Source: Eledone cirrhosa
Taxonomy: Eukaryota
Assembly (NCBI GenBank): GCA_964016885.1
Contig: OZ024745.1
Location: 96,720,001-96,784,000, forward strand
Reading direction: 5' to 3'
DNA: 64,000 bases
Part shown: positions 40,217-56,010 of the stretch, piece after piece
How the letters are laid out: each line of letters begins with the position of its first letter
Position numbering within the stretch: position 1 is the stretch's first letter
Made by a program: the position numbers and the translations under genes
Notes under the pieces: model-generated
Database searches by the model: none
The model's input: only the letters and a program-made list of their open reading frames with translations
What the model was told of the DNA's origin: nothing

Positions 40217-42454
40217 ATGAATGAAATTAAGATCGTCACACATGCCAGACAAACTCTACTGGACTTCCAAGACGAGTATTTGACTAGAAATACATATAGT
40301 GATTTATATGATATTACTATGGGCTCGATGGATTCCGCCCAGGTTACGGACCTTGTGGGCCTCTTTCTCCTATATAATTTAAATTCATCTTTTCCCCATC
40401 TCAAAGGGGGTCTATATCGCGATGACTGTCTTCTTCTATCTAACAATCTTAGTCTGTCAGCAATTGAAATAAATAAAAAGCATATTAGGAAATTCCTCAA
40501 AAATTACTATAATCTTACAGTTACTTTTGAAAATAGCACTAAAATGGTCAATTTACTCGACATCACTTTAGACCTATCAACAGGCACTTACCAACCCTAC
40601 CACAAACCAAACCAAAACCTCCATTATATACACTCACTATCTAACCACCCTAGTTCCATACTAAAAAATCTAGTGTACAATATCTCACTCAGATTATCTA
40701 AATTAACATCTAATGAAGAAATATTCTATAAAAATGAACCTTATTATAATGAGGCGTTAACTAGAAGTGGCTACAAGGATAACATATTTTACATACCTAA
40801 CACCATGAATACCCCTAGCATACAGCCAAGAATAGCAAACAAACACCGTAGAAAACACCAAAAAGTTAGTGCCAGCAATGAAACACCGAAAAACCTAGAT
40901 CCTACCATTACTCCCAATATCCACATTAACACGAATGACACAAATTCTCTAAAAATCATCAATCCTAACGATTCCGAATATTTCTATAACTTACTTAATA
41001 TTATTACTACAAACCATATGAAAACACCTAACTCCACTACTCTTAAAAAAGCAGTTAATAATAACATCTTATATCTTAATTCTCACAATAAATCTAATGA
41101 TGTATCACCTATTTCATTGAACCTTCAACCTAACCAAACTACATCCTTACAATCCAAAAAACCAGAGAAACATATCCGAACTACTGTAGATAACAAGAAT
41201 AATACCAACATTCCAGGTCCTATCAATAATGCTCCATTAATAAAACTCCCGATATCATCTATAAATCAAACAAAAAGCAATAAATCAAAAACTAATACAA
41301 TTCAAAAATCTACTAAACAATTAGTTCACACCCATAATAACAATCATAATATTATAATTTCATCTGATAACAATATGTACCCTCAAACTTCTATACATAC
41401 CCAATATAATAAGAGGAAACCTTTTAGAAACCATAAAAGAAATGTAACATGGTATAACGTTCCATTCAACTTGCAAACTATGGGCCAAATCCCTAAAAAA
41501 ATATTTACTATTCTCGATAAGCATTTCCTACCTAACCACAAATGCCATCAAATCTTAAACAGAAATAGAGTAAAATGTTCTTACTCCACATCGAGCAATA
41601 TACAACAAAAAATAAATGCATATAACATCTATAAATGTAAAAAAGCTCCATGTATACCACACACAATAGCACACCACACACAAGATAACTATGGTAATAC
41701 GACAACGCATAACCAGAATATTACTACATACCCCCCTGCTACATCCGCTCACTCACCTCACCAGCACAATACAGCAGCCTACAACCAACTACCATCTTCC
41801 TCATCCTTAATAGGGACTAAGAATTACATACCCAATCTAACCAATAGCTTCCAAAACAACCATGATTCTATAAACGTTATATCCAGTATAATTTCACCAA
41901 CTAACAACCCTTCGGGCCGTGACCACCCAACCGTAAACCCTTCTCTCCCAAATAAAAGGGTAGACACAAATACTAGCACTATTATTGAGAATACAGATAG
42001 CACATCTGAAACCCTATATGCAAACGGTTGTAATTGTAGAATAAAAGATAATTGCCCCTTAAATGGAAATTGCTTAATTAATAATATAGTATTTAAATGT
42101 GTAATCACCACTAAGGACTCTAATCAATTCTATATTGGATCCACTTCTAATCCGTTTAAATCGAGATTGTATGCACACACCCACAGTTTCCGAAACACAA
42201 AATTAGCTAATACCACTTCTTTAGCAGAAGCAGTTAATAATTGTAAAAAGAGGAATATTAAATATAACCTAACTTGGAAGATTCTTAAGAGAGCCATTTC
42301 TTATCAGGGCAATAGAAAAGAGTGTAGACTGTGTTCCCAATAAATTTTTGAAATTACTAAATCGAAGGACACTCTATTAAATAAAAGACAAGAATTAATT
42401 ATAGTATGCAACCATAAAATTAGAAGAACATTCAAATATTATAAATACAACTAA
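40217..42454 (+). pseudogene. Naiad-type PLE ORF (RT C-terminal half plus GIY-YIG), 5'-truncated, one premature TAA near the end
   Basis: YDITMGSMDSAQVTDLVG, GLYRDD, LLDITLDL..YHKPN..SNHP, CNC..CPL..C, VFKC..YIGST, CRLC; the frame continues after the stop at 42343 to LLNKRQELIIVCNH. Confidence 0.92.
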
Positions 42455-43428
42455 ACAAATATAGAAAATGATATAGGAGAAAAAATGTGTGAGTATGTGT
42501 GTGTGTGTGAATATGTATATGTGTGTGTATATGTATGTGTATGCATAAGTGAATGCCTCTATTATGTGTGTACGTACAAGTATATGTGTGTGTGTATATA
42601 GTATGTGTATGTGTATGTGCGTGTATATATATGTGTATGTATGTGTATGTATGTGTATGTATATACGTGTGTGTATATATATGTGTATATATATGCGTAT
42701 GTATATCTATATATTTTTTTTTTTCTGCTAATAGAATTAATCCATGGATTAAATCCTATATCTCATCCCTATAACTGTTTTAAGTAATTAACTATAATTT
42801 AGCACTATATATTACATTATTTTCAATAATCTAACAAACATTTTTAATTCATATCCATTTAAACCTCCTTTTTAAAAAAAAAAACAGATTATTAATGTAG
42901 ATTCTTATTCGAAAATATAATTCCCTACAGGGAAAACTTCATTCTAACCATTCTAACACAATACAATACTTACACAAACTTTAGTATTTTCTTACCTATA
43001 TAATATTTTATCTATATTTTATCTAAATTTTACTTCCATTTTGTTCCATTTATATTCCTCTATTTATATATTTTTAGAACAAATTATTCCTCACAACAAA
43101 GAAATTAAAAACATTTTAAGATTGTTCTATACCATTCTACTTGACATAACACACTAATCTCAGTTCCCCTTTTCCTCCAACCGTAATCTTCTTTGACAAT
43201 CAACACTTTTATATACAATATGTCTAAATTCATTTACACTAGCAACTTTCATTTCTTTTCTTAAAAGTCATTTGATACCTCATCCCCTGACGGCTTATTT
43301 ATTCATCTACTACTACCAACTTAAGGATCTATACTGCCCCTTCCTATTCTTACTATTGGTCAACCTCAACCTGGTTATAAAACGTTACTTATTTATATAT
43401 ATATGTTTTTTTGTATTCTTCAATAAAC

Positions 43429-43581
43429 AAAACTCATTATTTCTGAAGACGGCGGGGAGTGAAGACGTATGTATATTTTCTTACTATGATATTTTGTAAT
43501 ATATTTTACATAGATCAATATTAGAATGGACATACGGGGAACTACCCCCCCCCCCGAAACGATCGTAAAATAATGAGTTTT
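43429..43581 (+). ncRNA. Type I hammerhead ribozyme with a very long stem II insert (3' pLTR of the Naiad-type PLE)
   Basis: AAAACTCATTATTT CTGAAGA ..about 105 nt.. GAA ACGATCGT A AAATAATGAGTTTT; 14-bp stem I, palindromic stem III. Confidence 0.78.
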
Positions 43582-43644
43582 ACTATGAATTAACCGTTTT
43601 TTGGTTAATTTCATTGTTTTAATATATATATATATATATATATA

Positions 43645-45472
43645 GTTATACTTTGGGAGGGTCATGTTGCCAATAAGAAACACACGCACCAGTTGCTTTC
43701 ACTTCAATTTATTATATATTTATAAATTTATAAATTTACAAATCTACAAACTTATAAATTTCTGGTTGGTTGGTTCCACAACCAGATAGTTGTTTATATA
43801 TAGTCATAGTCCTTTCGTCACACACTCTGTGACCTCTTCAGTGACTGGGGATTCCTTTCTTTGTTTCTGTGCCTTTCCTTTCTTCTATCCTACGCCATTT
43901 TGTTTCTGTGTGTGTGTTGTGTGCTCAGTTTGCGCATGCGCCACACCCGGGTGTCTGTGTGTGTTTGTGTTCATTTATCTATTTGTTTATTTATTTATTT
44001 ATTGTTGGTTGGTTGTTTGTTCTATGTGTGTGTGTGTTTTCATTTTGTCCTGTGTGTGTTTTCATTTTGTCCTTAATTGTAAGTTGTGATGTTGCTGTTC
44101 CACTCATATTTTCTATTTAATTTTGGTTGTAATTCTTTTATGCTTACTGCCTCTGTAATTTGCCTAAACATTGCATCTTTTCTGTGTGTGGATTCTATTT
44201 TTATTTCTATGTTCTCTAATCTACCCCTGTGTTCTATCTTAGCATGTTGGTAGAGCACAGATGATTCTTTATTATCTTGAAGGTCTCGCCAGTGTTCATT
44301 TATTCGTTCCCCTATACTACGAGCTGTCTCACCTATGTACACTATATTTTTGTTTCTACATTGTCCTTCAGTACATCTTATGCTATACACTACATTTCTA
44401 GTTTTACAGTTAATATGGGGGCTTATTTTACAGGTTATACATTTCTTATCTATACATGAGGGTCTTTGGAACGGGTATGTCTTGCTAATAAGTGCTTTTA
44501 CGGAGGTACCTGGTCTTTCTACTATCTTAATATTGAGTTTATGTTTATTTAAAGTAGACTTAAACAAAAACTTAAAGAACAATTAGAAGACAGCTTAACC
44601 CTGATAATGTACTCCCGCTACGTAGATGATATAAACATCGTAGTTAAGACACCCCCACTAAAGAACAGTCAGGAACTAGAGAAAAACACAATGGAAAGCA
44701 TCCAGCAAATAGCAAACTCCATCCACCAGAGCATTAGAGTTACTATAGACTACCCAAGTAGACACCCCAACCATCGATTACCTGTACTAGACACAGAGCT
44801 CTGGTTAGATACCATTAACAACCAAAAACAAATCCTCCATTCCCATTATGCCAAACCCATGACTTCCAAACATCTGATCCACCGAAACTCGGCCATTTCG
44901 GACCATACCAAAATCAACATACTGATTGCGGATTTGGTACGGGTGATGAGAAATGTGTCCCGCATGTGCAACCCCGAAGAACTAGAGAGACACATACAAC
45001 ACTTCATCCACCGTATGCAGTTCTCTGGCTACAATCAGAGAGATAGAATCAGAGTGTATAGAGGAGCCAGAACCAAATGGGAAAAAATGGTAAATAATGA
45101 CATAAATAGAACCTGCCCCTTGTATAGGAGCAAATTTTGGAATAGAATAGAAAGAACTAGGAACAAGGCCAATAGAATAAACTCATGGTATGATAGCAAT
45201 AAATACCAGAGTGTAATGTTCATCAATACAACCCCTAGAGGCGAACTAGCCTACAAATTTAGAAGGGCCCTAAATAAACATAAACTCAATATTAAGATAG
45301 TAGAAAGACCAGGTACCTCCGTAAAAACACTTATTAGCAAGACATACCCGTTCCAAAGACCCTCATGTATAGATAAGAAATGTATAACCTGTAAAATAAG
45401 CCCCCATATTAACTGTAAAACTAGAAATGTAGTGTATAGCATAAGATGTACTGAAGGACAATGTAGAAACAA
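43645..45472. mobile_element. Penelope-like element with internal inversion (RT part on +, GIY-YIG and pLTR on -)
   Basis: 44607-45472 (+): YSRYVDD, LPVLDTELW; 44073-44552 (-): VVYSIRC..YIGETARSIGERINEH; linker present in both orientations; HHR at 43802-43846 (-). Confidence 0.9.
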
Positions 45473-45529
45473 AGGTGGTGATGGTTCACTTCCAGTCTTG
45501 GCAGTCTGGAATTGAATCATCAGCACAGT

Positions 45530-45763
45530 TGAGGTATGTCATACATCAATTTATATATTTTATCTGATGAGGACGTACTGAAAAAACAGCACAGTACCTC
45601 CGAAATATATATAATAAAATATATTTTCATTACGCTGAATGTCTATATTTATTAATATTTTGAATTAATATTAATAACTCCAGAAAACTTCGCTGGTGAG
45701 TGCTTCTAATCTATTTTCAAACTATATTCATTGATTAATCAATGAACCTTGTTTAACTTTTGG

Positions 45764-45765
<2 letters not shown>
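45530..45765 (+). mobile_element. Solo pLTR with an HHR at 45556-45621
   Basis: TATTTTAT CTGATGA GGACGTACTG..CAGTACCTCC GAA ATATATAT A ATAAAATA; tail similar to 22905-23020. Confidence 0.78.
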
Positions 45766-45814
<49 letters not shown>

Positions 45815-45821
<7 letters not shown>

Positions 45822-46070
45822 AGATCAAAAGATGGTTAAAAGAGTTCCATGTATTATATTATGCGCATTTCAAGAATAGTGCAGTTTTAAATCAACATGA
45901 TATGTTGATTTAAAACTGCACTATTCACAAGTGTTTTTTAACCTTCATATCATGTCTTCCTATTTTATCTGATGAAAACACAAATATTATTGCATGATGA
46001 TATTTGTTTTTGAAATGCGCATAATAAAATACATGGAACTCTTTTAACAATCTTTTGATCTTATATATTA
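45815..46070 (+). mobile_element. Fold-back pLTR remnant with an HHR at 45961-46030 and an internal hairpin
   Basis: Inverted arms 45815-45872 and 46010-46070; CTGATGA AAACACAAATATT..GATATTTGTTTTT GAA ATGCGCAT A ATAAAATA. Confidence 0.75.
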
Positions 46071-46153
46071 TATATACTCCAGTCCTACAAACTGTAGAGT
46101 GCTTCTTATCCGATATCTGCATTGCTTTATTGTACTACAATAAAACTCACCTC

Positions 46154-46214
<61 letters not shown>

Positions 46215-46308
46215 AGAGAGAGAGAGTCACACACACACACACATAAATATGTATATACGCATTCATACATACATAGATACATCTACACTTCAATAAGTGC
46301 GTGAAATG

Positions 46309-46382
<74 letters not shown>

Positions 46383-46431
46383 ATTAAGTCAAATATGTAA
46401 AATTTGGCTTATTTATTATAAATTAAAAATT

Positions 46432-46486
46432 ACTGCTATATATATTTCGGTGACAGCCATCATTGGCTGTGACCTCTTCAGGCAGT
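46432..46486 (-). ncRNA. Type I hammerhead ribozyme
   Basis: ACTGC CTGAAGA GGTCACAGCCA-ATGA-TGGCTGTCACC GAA ATATATAT A GCAGT. Confidence 0.82.
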
Positions 46487-46908
46487 CCGAATTGGTGTGG
46501 AAAGGACAGGTACACATGTTGTTGAAGTGTGTTTTACTCCGTCAATACATCGATATGTCCAGCTCCTGCGTGTGTTGCTATTCCTCCGAGGAACTGGAAT
46601 TATATGTGTTAGAACAAACAAATTTCAGCGTCATAGGACACGCTCGTATCCCATTGGTCAGTTGTGAGAACATTCCTCCGTCAAAAGTCTATAGAAATTC
46701 TTCTGAGGCAAGTCAGCCTGTTATAGTTGTTTTTGTCAGAATGTTTAAGTACAGCTGACCTCCTCCAGTGGTAGTGGTGTTAAGGGGTCAGCTTCAGTAT
46801 GCTGCTATTATGGTCTGAAGAATTTATGTGTAGACTGGCATATATACATCTATATATATATACATATATATATATACATATATCTATACATATATATATA
46901 TGTATAGA

Positions 46909-49395
<2,487 letters not shown>

Positions 49396-49492
49396 ATACA
49401 CACACATATACATATACATATATAAATGAAGTATTTCCGTAGGAAAGGTAAAGGAAAAGAGAGTACTCTATGTAGGCTACAGAGCTTTTTGT

Positions 49493-49690
49493 TATGTAAT
49501 AAACAACGTAAGATAATTATTTCATTTACCAATGGTTTCTTGAAGACACATACTTATGTCTGTCTTCATTCATCAGAAAAAATATTTATAGATATAAATA
49601 TTTTTTCTGATGAATGAAGACAGACATAAGTATTTGTCTTCCAGAAACCATTGGTAAATGAAATAATTATCTTATGTTGTTTATTACATA
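49493..49690. repeat. About 200-bp palindrome with an HHR on both strands
   Basis: + arm: CTGATGA ATGAAGACA..TGTCTTCCA GAA ACCA-T-TGGT A AATGAAAT at about 49600-49665; mirror in the left arm. Confidence 0.8.
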
Positions 49691-49691
49691 G

Positions 49692-49753
<62 letters not shown>

Positions 49754-49982
49754 ACAGAAATGGTGGTATGAGAGAAATATTTTCTGCATATCTATGGAAA
49801 TTTGCTGTATCTAATCTCTCTATATTGTAAATATCTATCCTTAAATACGTATACCTCTTCATACACTATTTATTTCTCTCTGTGGTTTACAGGTTATATT
49901 AACATTACAGCAGAATTATTATTTTATAACGAAAATAGGATATCAGATCAGAATGTACATATATATATGCATAAGACTATAA

Positions 49983-50015
<33 letters not shown>

Positions 50016-50097
50016 GGTGTGTGTGTGTATGTGCGCTTATGTGTGTGTGCGTATATGTGTGTATGTGTATGAGTGTGTGTATGTGTGAGTGTGTATG

Positions 50098-50244
<147 letters not shown>

Positions 50245-50779
50245 TAAACACACCACACAATATTTGTTTTGACGATGCAATCATGCTTCCCTTGATATCA
50301 ACTCATTTATTGCCAATTGTGCAAACAGATAGAAATAACAAATAACAACAATATCAACTATGAAAATACATGAAAAGCATAACAACTCTAAGCAAAATGA
50401 GCATCTAATTAATATAAGCTAACGCAGTAACGAAATAACCACTACTAACATTTGCTTCATATTGATTCGTGCAGTTAGTGCAGTAGCAACAATAACTACA
50501 ACAGCAACAACATCAATAAACTAGAGACAAACAAGGGTGGAACCAATATTTATAATTAAATGGAGTTGCTTTAAATGATGCTCTTAAGGTTAGGGTTAGT
50601 TTTGTGATCAATATTAAATTGTAAACACTGCAGCTAATTATAACAATATTTGCGTAACGAGTCACATAGTAATGAATTCATTTGAGGTTTTCAGGCATAA
50701 CCTTGCTTTTCTGTATCTTGATAGAACCAAAACTCGTTAAAACACAGAAGCTAGCACAAACGTACATACCCGAGCGTTG

Positions 50780-51408
50780 ACATTCACTCACCTACACACA
50801 TACACATACACACACATACTGGCATATTCACTCACATACACACATATACATATACACACATACTGGCATATTCACTCACATACACACATATACATACACA
50901 CACATACTGGCATATTCACTCACATACACACATATACATATACACACATACTGGCATATTCACTCACATACACACATATACATACACACACATACTGGCA
51001 TATTCACTCACATACACACATATACATATACACACATACTGGCATATTCACTCACATACACACACATACATACACACACATACTGGCATATTCACTCACA
51101 TACACACATATACATATACACACATACTGGCATATTCACTCACATACACACACATACATACACACACATACTGGCATATTCACTCACATACACACATATA
51201 CATATACACACATACTGGCATATTCACTCACATACACACACATACATACACACACATACTGGCATATTCACTCACATACACACATATACATATACACACA
51301 TACTGGCATATTCACTCACATACACACATATACATATACACACATACTGGCATATTCACTCACATACACATATATACATATACACACACACATACTGGCA
51401 TATTCAAT
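50780..51408. repeat. 42-bp minisatellite
   Basis: CACACATACTGGCATATTCACTCACATACACACATATACATA, about 15 units. Confidence 0.92.
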
Positions 51409-52069
51409 TCCTTTATAGCTTTTTAATAGTTAATTCTAATCGATGCCTTGCAACCTACATCGACGCCCTGATAATGGATATTCTGCTTCACTATTTTCAT
51501 TTCTTCATTGGTCCAGAAACATAAATTTATTTTAACGACCCCGGAGGGATGAAAGGTGTTGGCGTGGTAGAAAATATGGATGTACAGAGATGATAACAAT
51601 AAATAAATTATAATAGTTCTCTTTTATTTTCAATCTAGCACCAGAAAGTTTAGACCTCTTTCGGCCTAGCGGTACTATTATTCAAATTCGTTAAACAGCA
51701 CGTGGCCTTTCAAATATTGTGAAGTCCTGGCTTAGAATGGACAGTAATTCATGCATAGAAAATTAACTTTTTTTTAATAGCAATAACAAAAGTCTTACTT
51801 GCATGGCGAATATAACAACTGAGGTGAAGTCTACAACTGATATATTGACGATAAAATATGACACTCCCCTGTCAGCTTACTTCTGCACTTACCACAAGGA
51901 TGAATTGCAATGTGATGTCTTACACAACACAAAACAACACTAAATTGGAAAATATTAGTATTTAAGTGGTACAATTCCCCACAAAACTATATGACTAACG
52001 ATAGAAATGATAGTCATAGTCATAGTAGACTACAATGTTTATATAAATATATAGATACCATACTCTAGA

Positions 52070-52468
52070 TACAAATATACAAATACAGTTAATGTACACT
52101 AGTTACAAATATACAAATATACAAATACAGTTAAGGTACACTAGTTACAAATATACAAATGCAGTTACAAAACACTAGTTACAAAACATGTACACTAGTT
52201 AGAAAACATAACACAACACAATCATTAATATATACATACAGTTATTGTATACTAGTCACTAATATATACATACAGCTAATATACACTAGTCACTAATATA
52301 TACATACAGTTAATATACACTAGTCATTAATATATACATACAGTTAATATACACTAGTCACTAATATATACATACAGTTATTGTACACTAGTCACTAATA
52401 TATACATACAGTTAATATACACTAGTCACTAATATATACATACAGTTAATATACACTAGTCACTAATA
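52070..52468. repeat. 34-bp minisatellite (degenerate on the left)
   Basis: ACTAGTCACTAATATATACATACAGTTAATATAC. Confidence 0.88.
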
Positions 52469-52469
52469 T

Positions 52470-55400
52470 GGTTAGAAAAAGCTATCTCACTTACCGCTTT
52501 TCATAGGCGCCGCTAAATCCCATGGCTGGTTTCTCCTCTTCCATGTGTGTCCAACTCATTAACACCCGGGAGCTGCCAAACTCGCGTCTACACCGTTCCT
52601 GGTCACCACTAGAGAGAGTCCGATCTGCTGGCCATTCCGGTCGAGCACCCTTCCGGCCAAGCACCCTTCCGGTCAAGCACACTTCCGGTCGAGCACTCCC
52701 CAGCTTCCGGCCACCGCACACCACACCATACCCACACTCCCCCCTGATCTCAAGGAAAAATTTCCCCCTCGTCCTTCTGCATATGAAAATCTGCTGTCCA
52801 GGTTGGTGGTTTGCGACTTCTTTGCGATCTCCGCAGTGTTGGGGAGGCACTTTGGGTTTCCTCTTCCTCGGAGTCCGTTGACACAGTGATTCTACGGACA
52901 TCCAAGACATGACGTGGTACTCCGTCCACGGACACATTGTTCTGGGAATTTACGGCCGTCACCGTTGCCCTTCGCCATTGAGATGTGCAACGTGCATCTG
53001 GGGGCTTAACCCAGACTTATTCGCCCACCTGCACGAATGCATTCTCTCTCCCCACTGACCGTTGTGGGGGCGTGCACGGGTGCCGCCACTCGTATCTGAA
53101 TACTGCTCTGAGTGGCACCGATTCCTCAACCTGTCCCACCCGAGGGGACATGTTGTACCAGAACACTGCCTCCATTGGTGAGATGTGGTCCCACTCCGCC
53201 ATTGCCTTGATCGTCCGGTGGTGTCGCTCCACAATTCCATTTCCGCTCGGCCTGTACGCTGCTCTGAAAAAACGGTCCACCTTCCATCCATCGAGCATCT
53301 CCCTCAGCACCTCCGAGCGGAACGCTGCGCTGTTGTCCATCAGCAGTTCGTCCACAGGGCCCCGCTCCAAGAACACCTCTCTCAACGTCCGCATGATTTC
53401 CTCGGCCGTTCCAGTCTTCATCTCCCTCCATATCGCCATCCGTACTGGTCCACAGTCGACCATCGAGAGGTACGTTCCCTGTCGGTAGTGCGTTACATCC
53501 ACCGCCAATCGCTTCCAGTCGCGATCCACCGGGAGGCTTCCCGTTTCGTTCACACCCGGGGCGAGATCAATGGACTGACATCGGACGCAGCCTCTAACCA
53601 CCCTTTGAACATTGTGTCTGTTAACGTCCGAGTCGATTCTCTTGGCTAGGAACAGGCTCCTATCCACTCCCGTGTGGTGCATGTCATGCAACCCTTTCAG
53701 ATCCGACTCGGTCAGCCGACATACGGCAGCTATCTCCTCTTCTACCTCCTCCGGCGCTTCCATCCAGGCTTTCTTCACCCTGGTTAAGGCGTCCGCCCTA
53801 TTTTTCTCTGAGGGCACGAAAACTACGCTCAGCCTCAGGTCGAACTCGGTGGCCAGCTCTCCTAAAGTTCCCAGGCGGCGCTTTATCAGCATCTCCGCCG
53901 CTCCTCTCGTTCGCCCTCTCTTCTCACTGGTGAGCACTGATCTCACCCATCCGACTACAGTAGCCGAGTCGGTGCGTATCTCGATGGTGCGCAGTCCCCA
54001 CTTCAGAGCGAGGTTCACCCCTCTCAACACCGCGTCCAGTTCGGCCACATTGATGTGGTTGCAGTCGTCCTTCTTCCTAAGCCAGGCTGCATCCTCGACC
54101 TCAACACCTCCTATCTCCAACGTGACACCCAGCGCTATGCTGCTGGCATCGCACCATACGGTCCCGCTCTGCGATTTGGGAACATACCAGCGTCCCGGCA
54201 CTGGGTCGTCGGCCTTCACCCTCTCTACGATCTCCTGCATCATGGCCACCGTCCTCTCTCCCACTCTGTCACTCCACGTCACACCTCCCGCTCGTCTCTT
54301 GACATAGCTGCATGCCGTCCAGAGCCACCCAACAATCGGGTAGTGACCCACCAACATTCCACACACCGAGAAAAACTCCCTCCTACTCATACTTGGAACC
54401 AGTTCTGGAACTTCATTTCCCCTCTGGAATACCAAGACGCTCGTCCTGTCTCACAGTAGCCTAAGTCCCAGCGCGGCTCCTCCCTCCAACACTTCTGACC
54501 GCTTCGCAGCCAGTCCATACCCCTGTAAATGACTCGTGGCCCCCGCCGCCGAAACTACAGAATCGTCCACTAGGATGTCGTCAATGTAAGAATTAGTGGC
54601 CCTCTTCACCTTGTCGGCCTTTCCCAGAATGATCTTGAGGACCACCGCCATGATCTTCGATGCGGAGTTCAGCCCGAAACCGAGCCTGGTCAGGCAATAT
54701 GTTCGGCCCTTATACCTGACCAGCTGATACTGCCAGAGCTTCTCATCTATATCTAATTGCAAGTATGCCGACTTTACATCTACGATTGCGGAACCCCCCG
54801 TCATACGTCTCCACTCACGCAGGGTTCCCCACAGACATCCGTGACCTCGCCACCCGTGTGGCATGATACGTGCTCGTTCAGCTCCCGAAAGTCCAGTACC
54901 GGCCTCACCTTGTTCTTCGTGGGTTGCGCCACCGCCATTAACGGCAATACTCCGCATTTCACCTCCTCTTTCCAGGGAAGCAGTATGCCCTCCATAATCC
55001 ATCTCTCTACCTCTCGCTCGAACTCGCTCCTAATGTCTCCCTTCAATGTGTGTTGATAGCAGCCCACTTTGGTCTTCAGAGTTGGTGGTTCTCCCTTCCA
55101 GTACCACTCAACAACCCATCGCTGCCCATCGAATACGGTCTTGAAGTCTTTGTCCTGCACAGTGTAAGCGGAGTATTTCTCCTCGTGGGCCTTCTGGTTC
55201 TCCTGTCGCGTACTCACAGCGCATACCGATGCAGCGCCGCCAAACGACACACCGACGTTGTTCACTGTGACGCCTCCTAGACGGCCTATTGCGTCCATGC
55301 CCATAACCACGCCGATCCCATCCACCACGTTGTCAACTACGATGGCAGAAAGCCTTATTTTCCTTCCCCGTACCGCCATCTCCACCTCGCTGCGACCTCG

Positions 55401-55913
55401 GCATTAAATTTTCCTGCCGTCGACTGCCCTTACGCTGCTCTTCCCTATCCACCCCTAATCCACCCACGCGGTCACCAGTGTCGTTGTATAGACCGTGTCC
55501 ACGAGGGATCGCTGTCGCTTTCCCCTCACGAAGACTTCCACCACGAGCAGCGCCTCTACAGTAGGTCCCCTTGGATCGTTTCCCTGGTCGCAGTTAGTAG
55601 CGATGTGGCCTGGTCGCTTACACCGGTAGCATATTATTTCCGGCCTTGACTCTCTACAGTCTCTCGTCATGTGCGGGCCCTGGCACCTAAAACAGCGACC
55701 TCTAAACGTTCGCGGTCGACCGCGTGCCGTGGTTGCCTCCCTTTCACCATTTCGCTGCCAGCTGTCTTGAGCCTCTGTAGTTGCTATCGCCGCGAAACTC
55801 TTCTTGGCATTTTCTGCTATGATGCGGGCTTGCTCCACCAGTGAACGCATCTCCATTTCTTTATAACCCGGGACTTGCTGCAGTTTCACCGCTATTGTCG
55901 TCTGGAAATCCAT
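52470..55913 (-). mobile_element. Gypsy-type LTR retrotransposon, 5'-truncated and frameshifted
   Basis: Two gag CCHC knuckles, protease (LVDT), RT (VRPVLDFRELN, DVKSAY, YIDD), RNase H (CDAS, INVAEL, RTDS, NRADALTR), integrase (HH-CC, AVD, LMDN, SGNGIVER); PPT-like AGGGGGGAG then TG at about 52736 starting the putative 3' LTR. Confidence 0.92.
53017..54435 (-). CDS. RNase H-integrase portion of Gypsy pol (open frame within a disrupted element)
   Basis: 472-aa ORF with RNase H and rve DDE motifs. Confidence 0.75.
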   Translation of the reverse strand: MVFQRGNEVPELVPSMSRREFFSVCGMLVGHYPIVGWLWTACSYVKRRAGGVTWSDRVGERTVAMMQEIVERVKADDPVPGRWYVPKSQSGTVWCDASSIALGVTLEIGGVEVEDAAWLRKKDDCNHINVAELDAVLRGVNLALKWGLRTIEIRTDSATVVGWVRSVLTSEKRGRTRGAAEMLIKRRLGTLGELATEFDLRLSVVFVPSEKNRADALTRVKKAWMEAPEEVEEEIAAVCRLTESDLKGLHDMHHTGVDRSLFLAKRIDSDVNRHNVQRVVRGCVRCQSIDLAPGVNETGSLPVDRDWKRLAVDVTHYRQGTYLSMVDCGPVRMAIWREMKTGTAEEIMRTLREVFLERGPVDELLMDNSAAFRSEVLREMLDGWKVDRFFRAAYRPSGNGIVERHHRTIKAMAEWDHISPMEAVFWYNMSPRVGQVEESVPLRAVFRYEWRHPCTPPQRSVGRENAFVQVGE

Positions 55914-55919
55914 TTATGA

Positions 55920-56010
55920 ACGCCAATTTGCGGGATTTGAACTCAGATCGTAAAGGGACGTAACTATGCTGGAAAGCATGGCGTCCGACCCTCCACCGAT
56001 ACTGCCAAAA
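55920..56010 (-). mobile_element. SINE 5' fragment (first family)
   Basis: Matches 31490-31570. Confidence 0.7.

Noticed and set aside
53126-54459. Overlapping and antisense ORFs in the Gypsy element
   Set aside because: Shadow frames of GC-rich pol sequence
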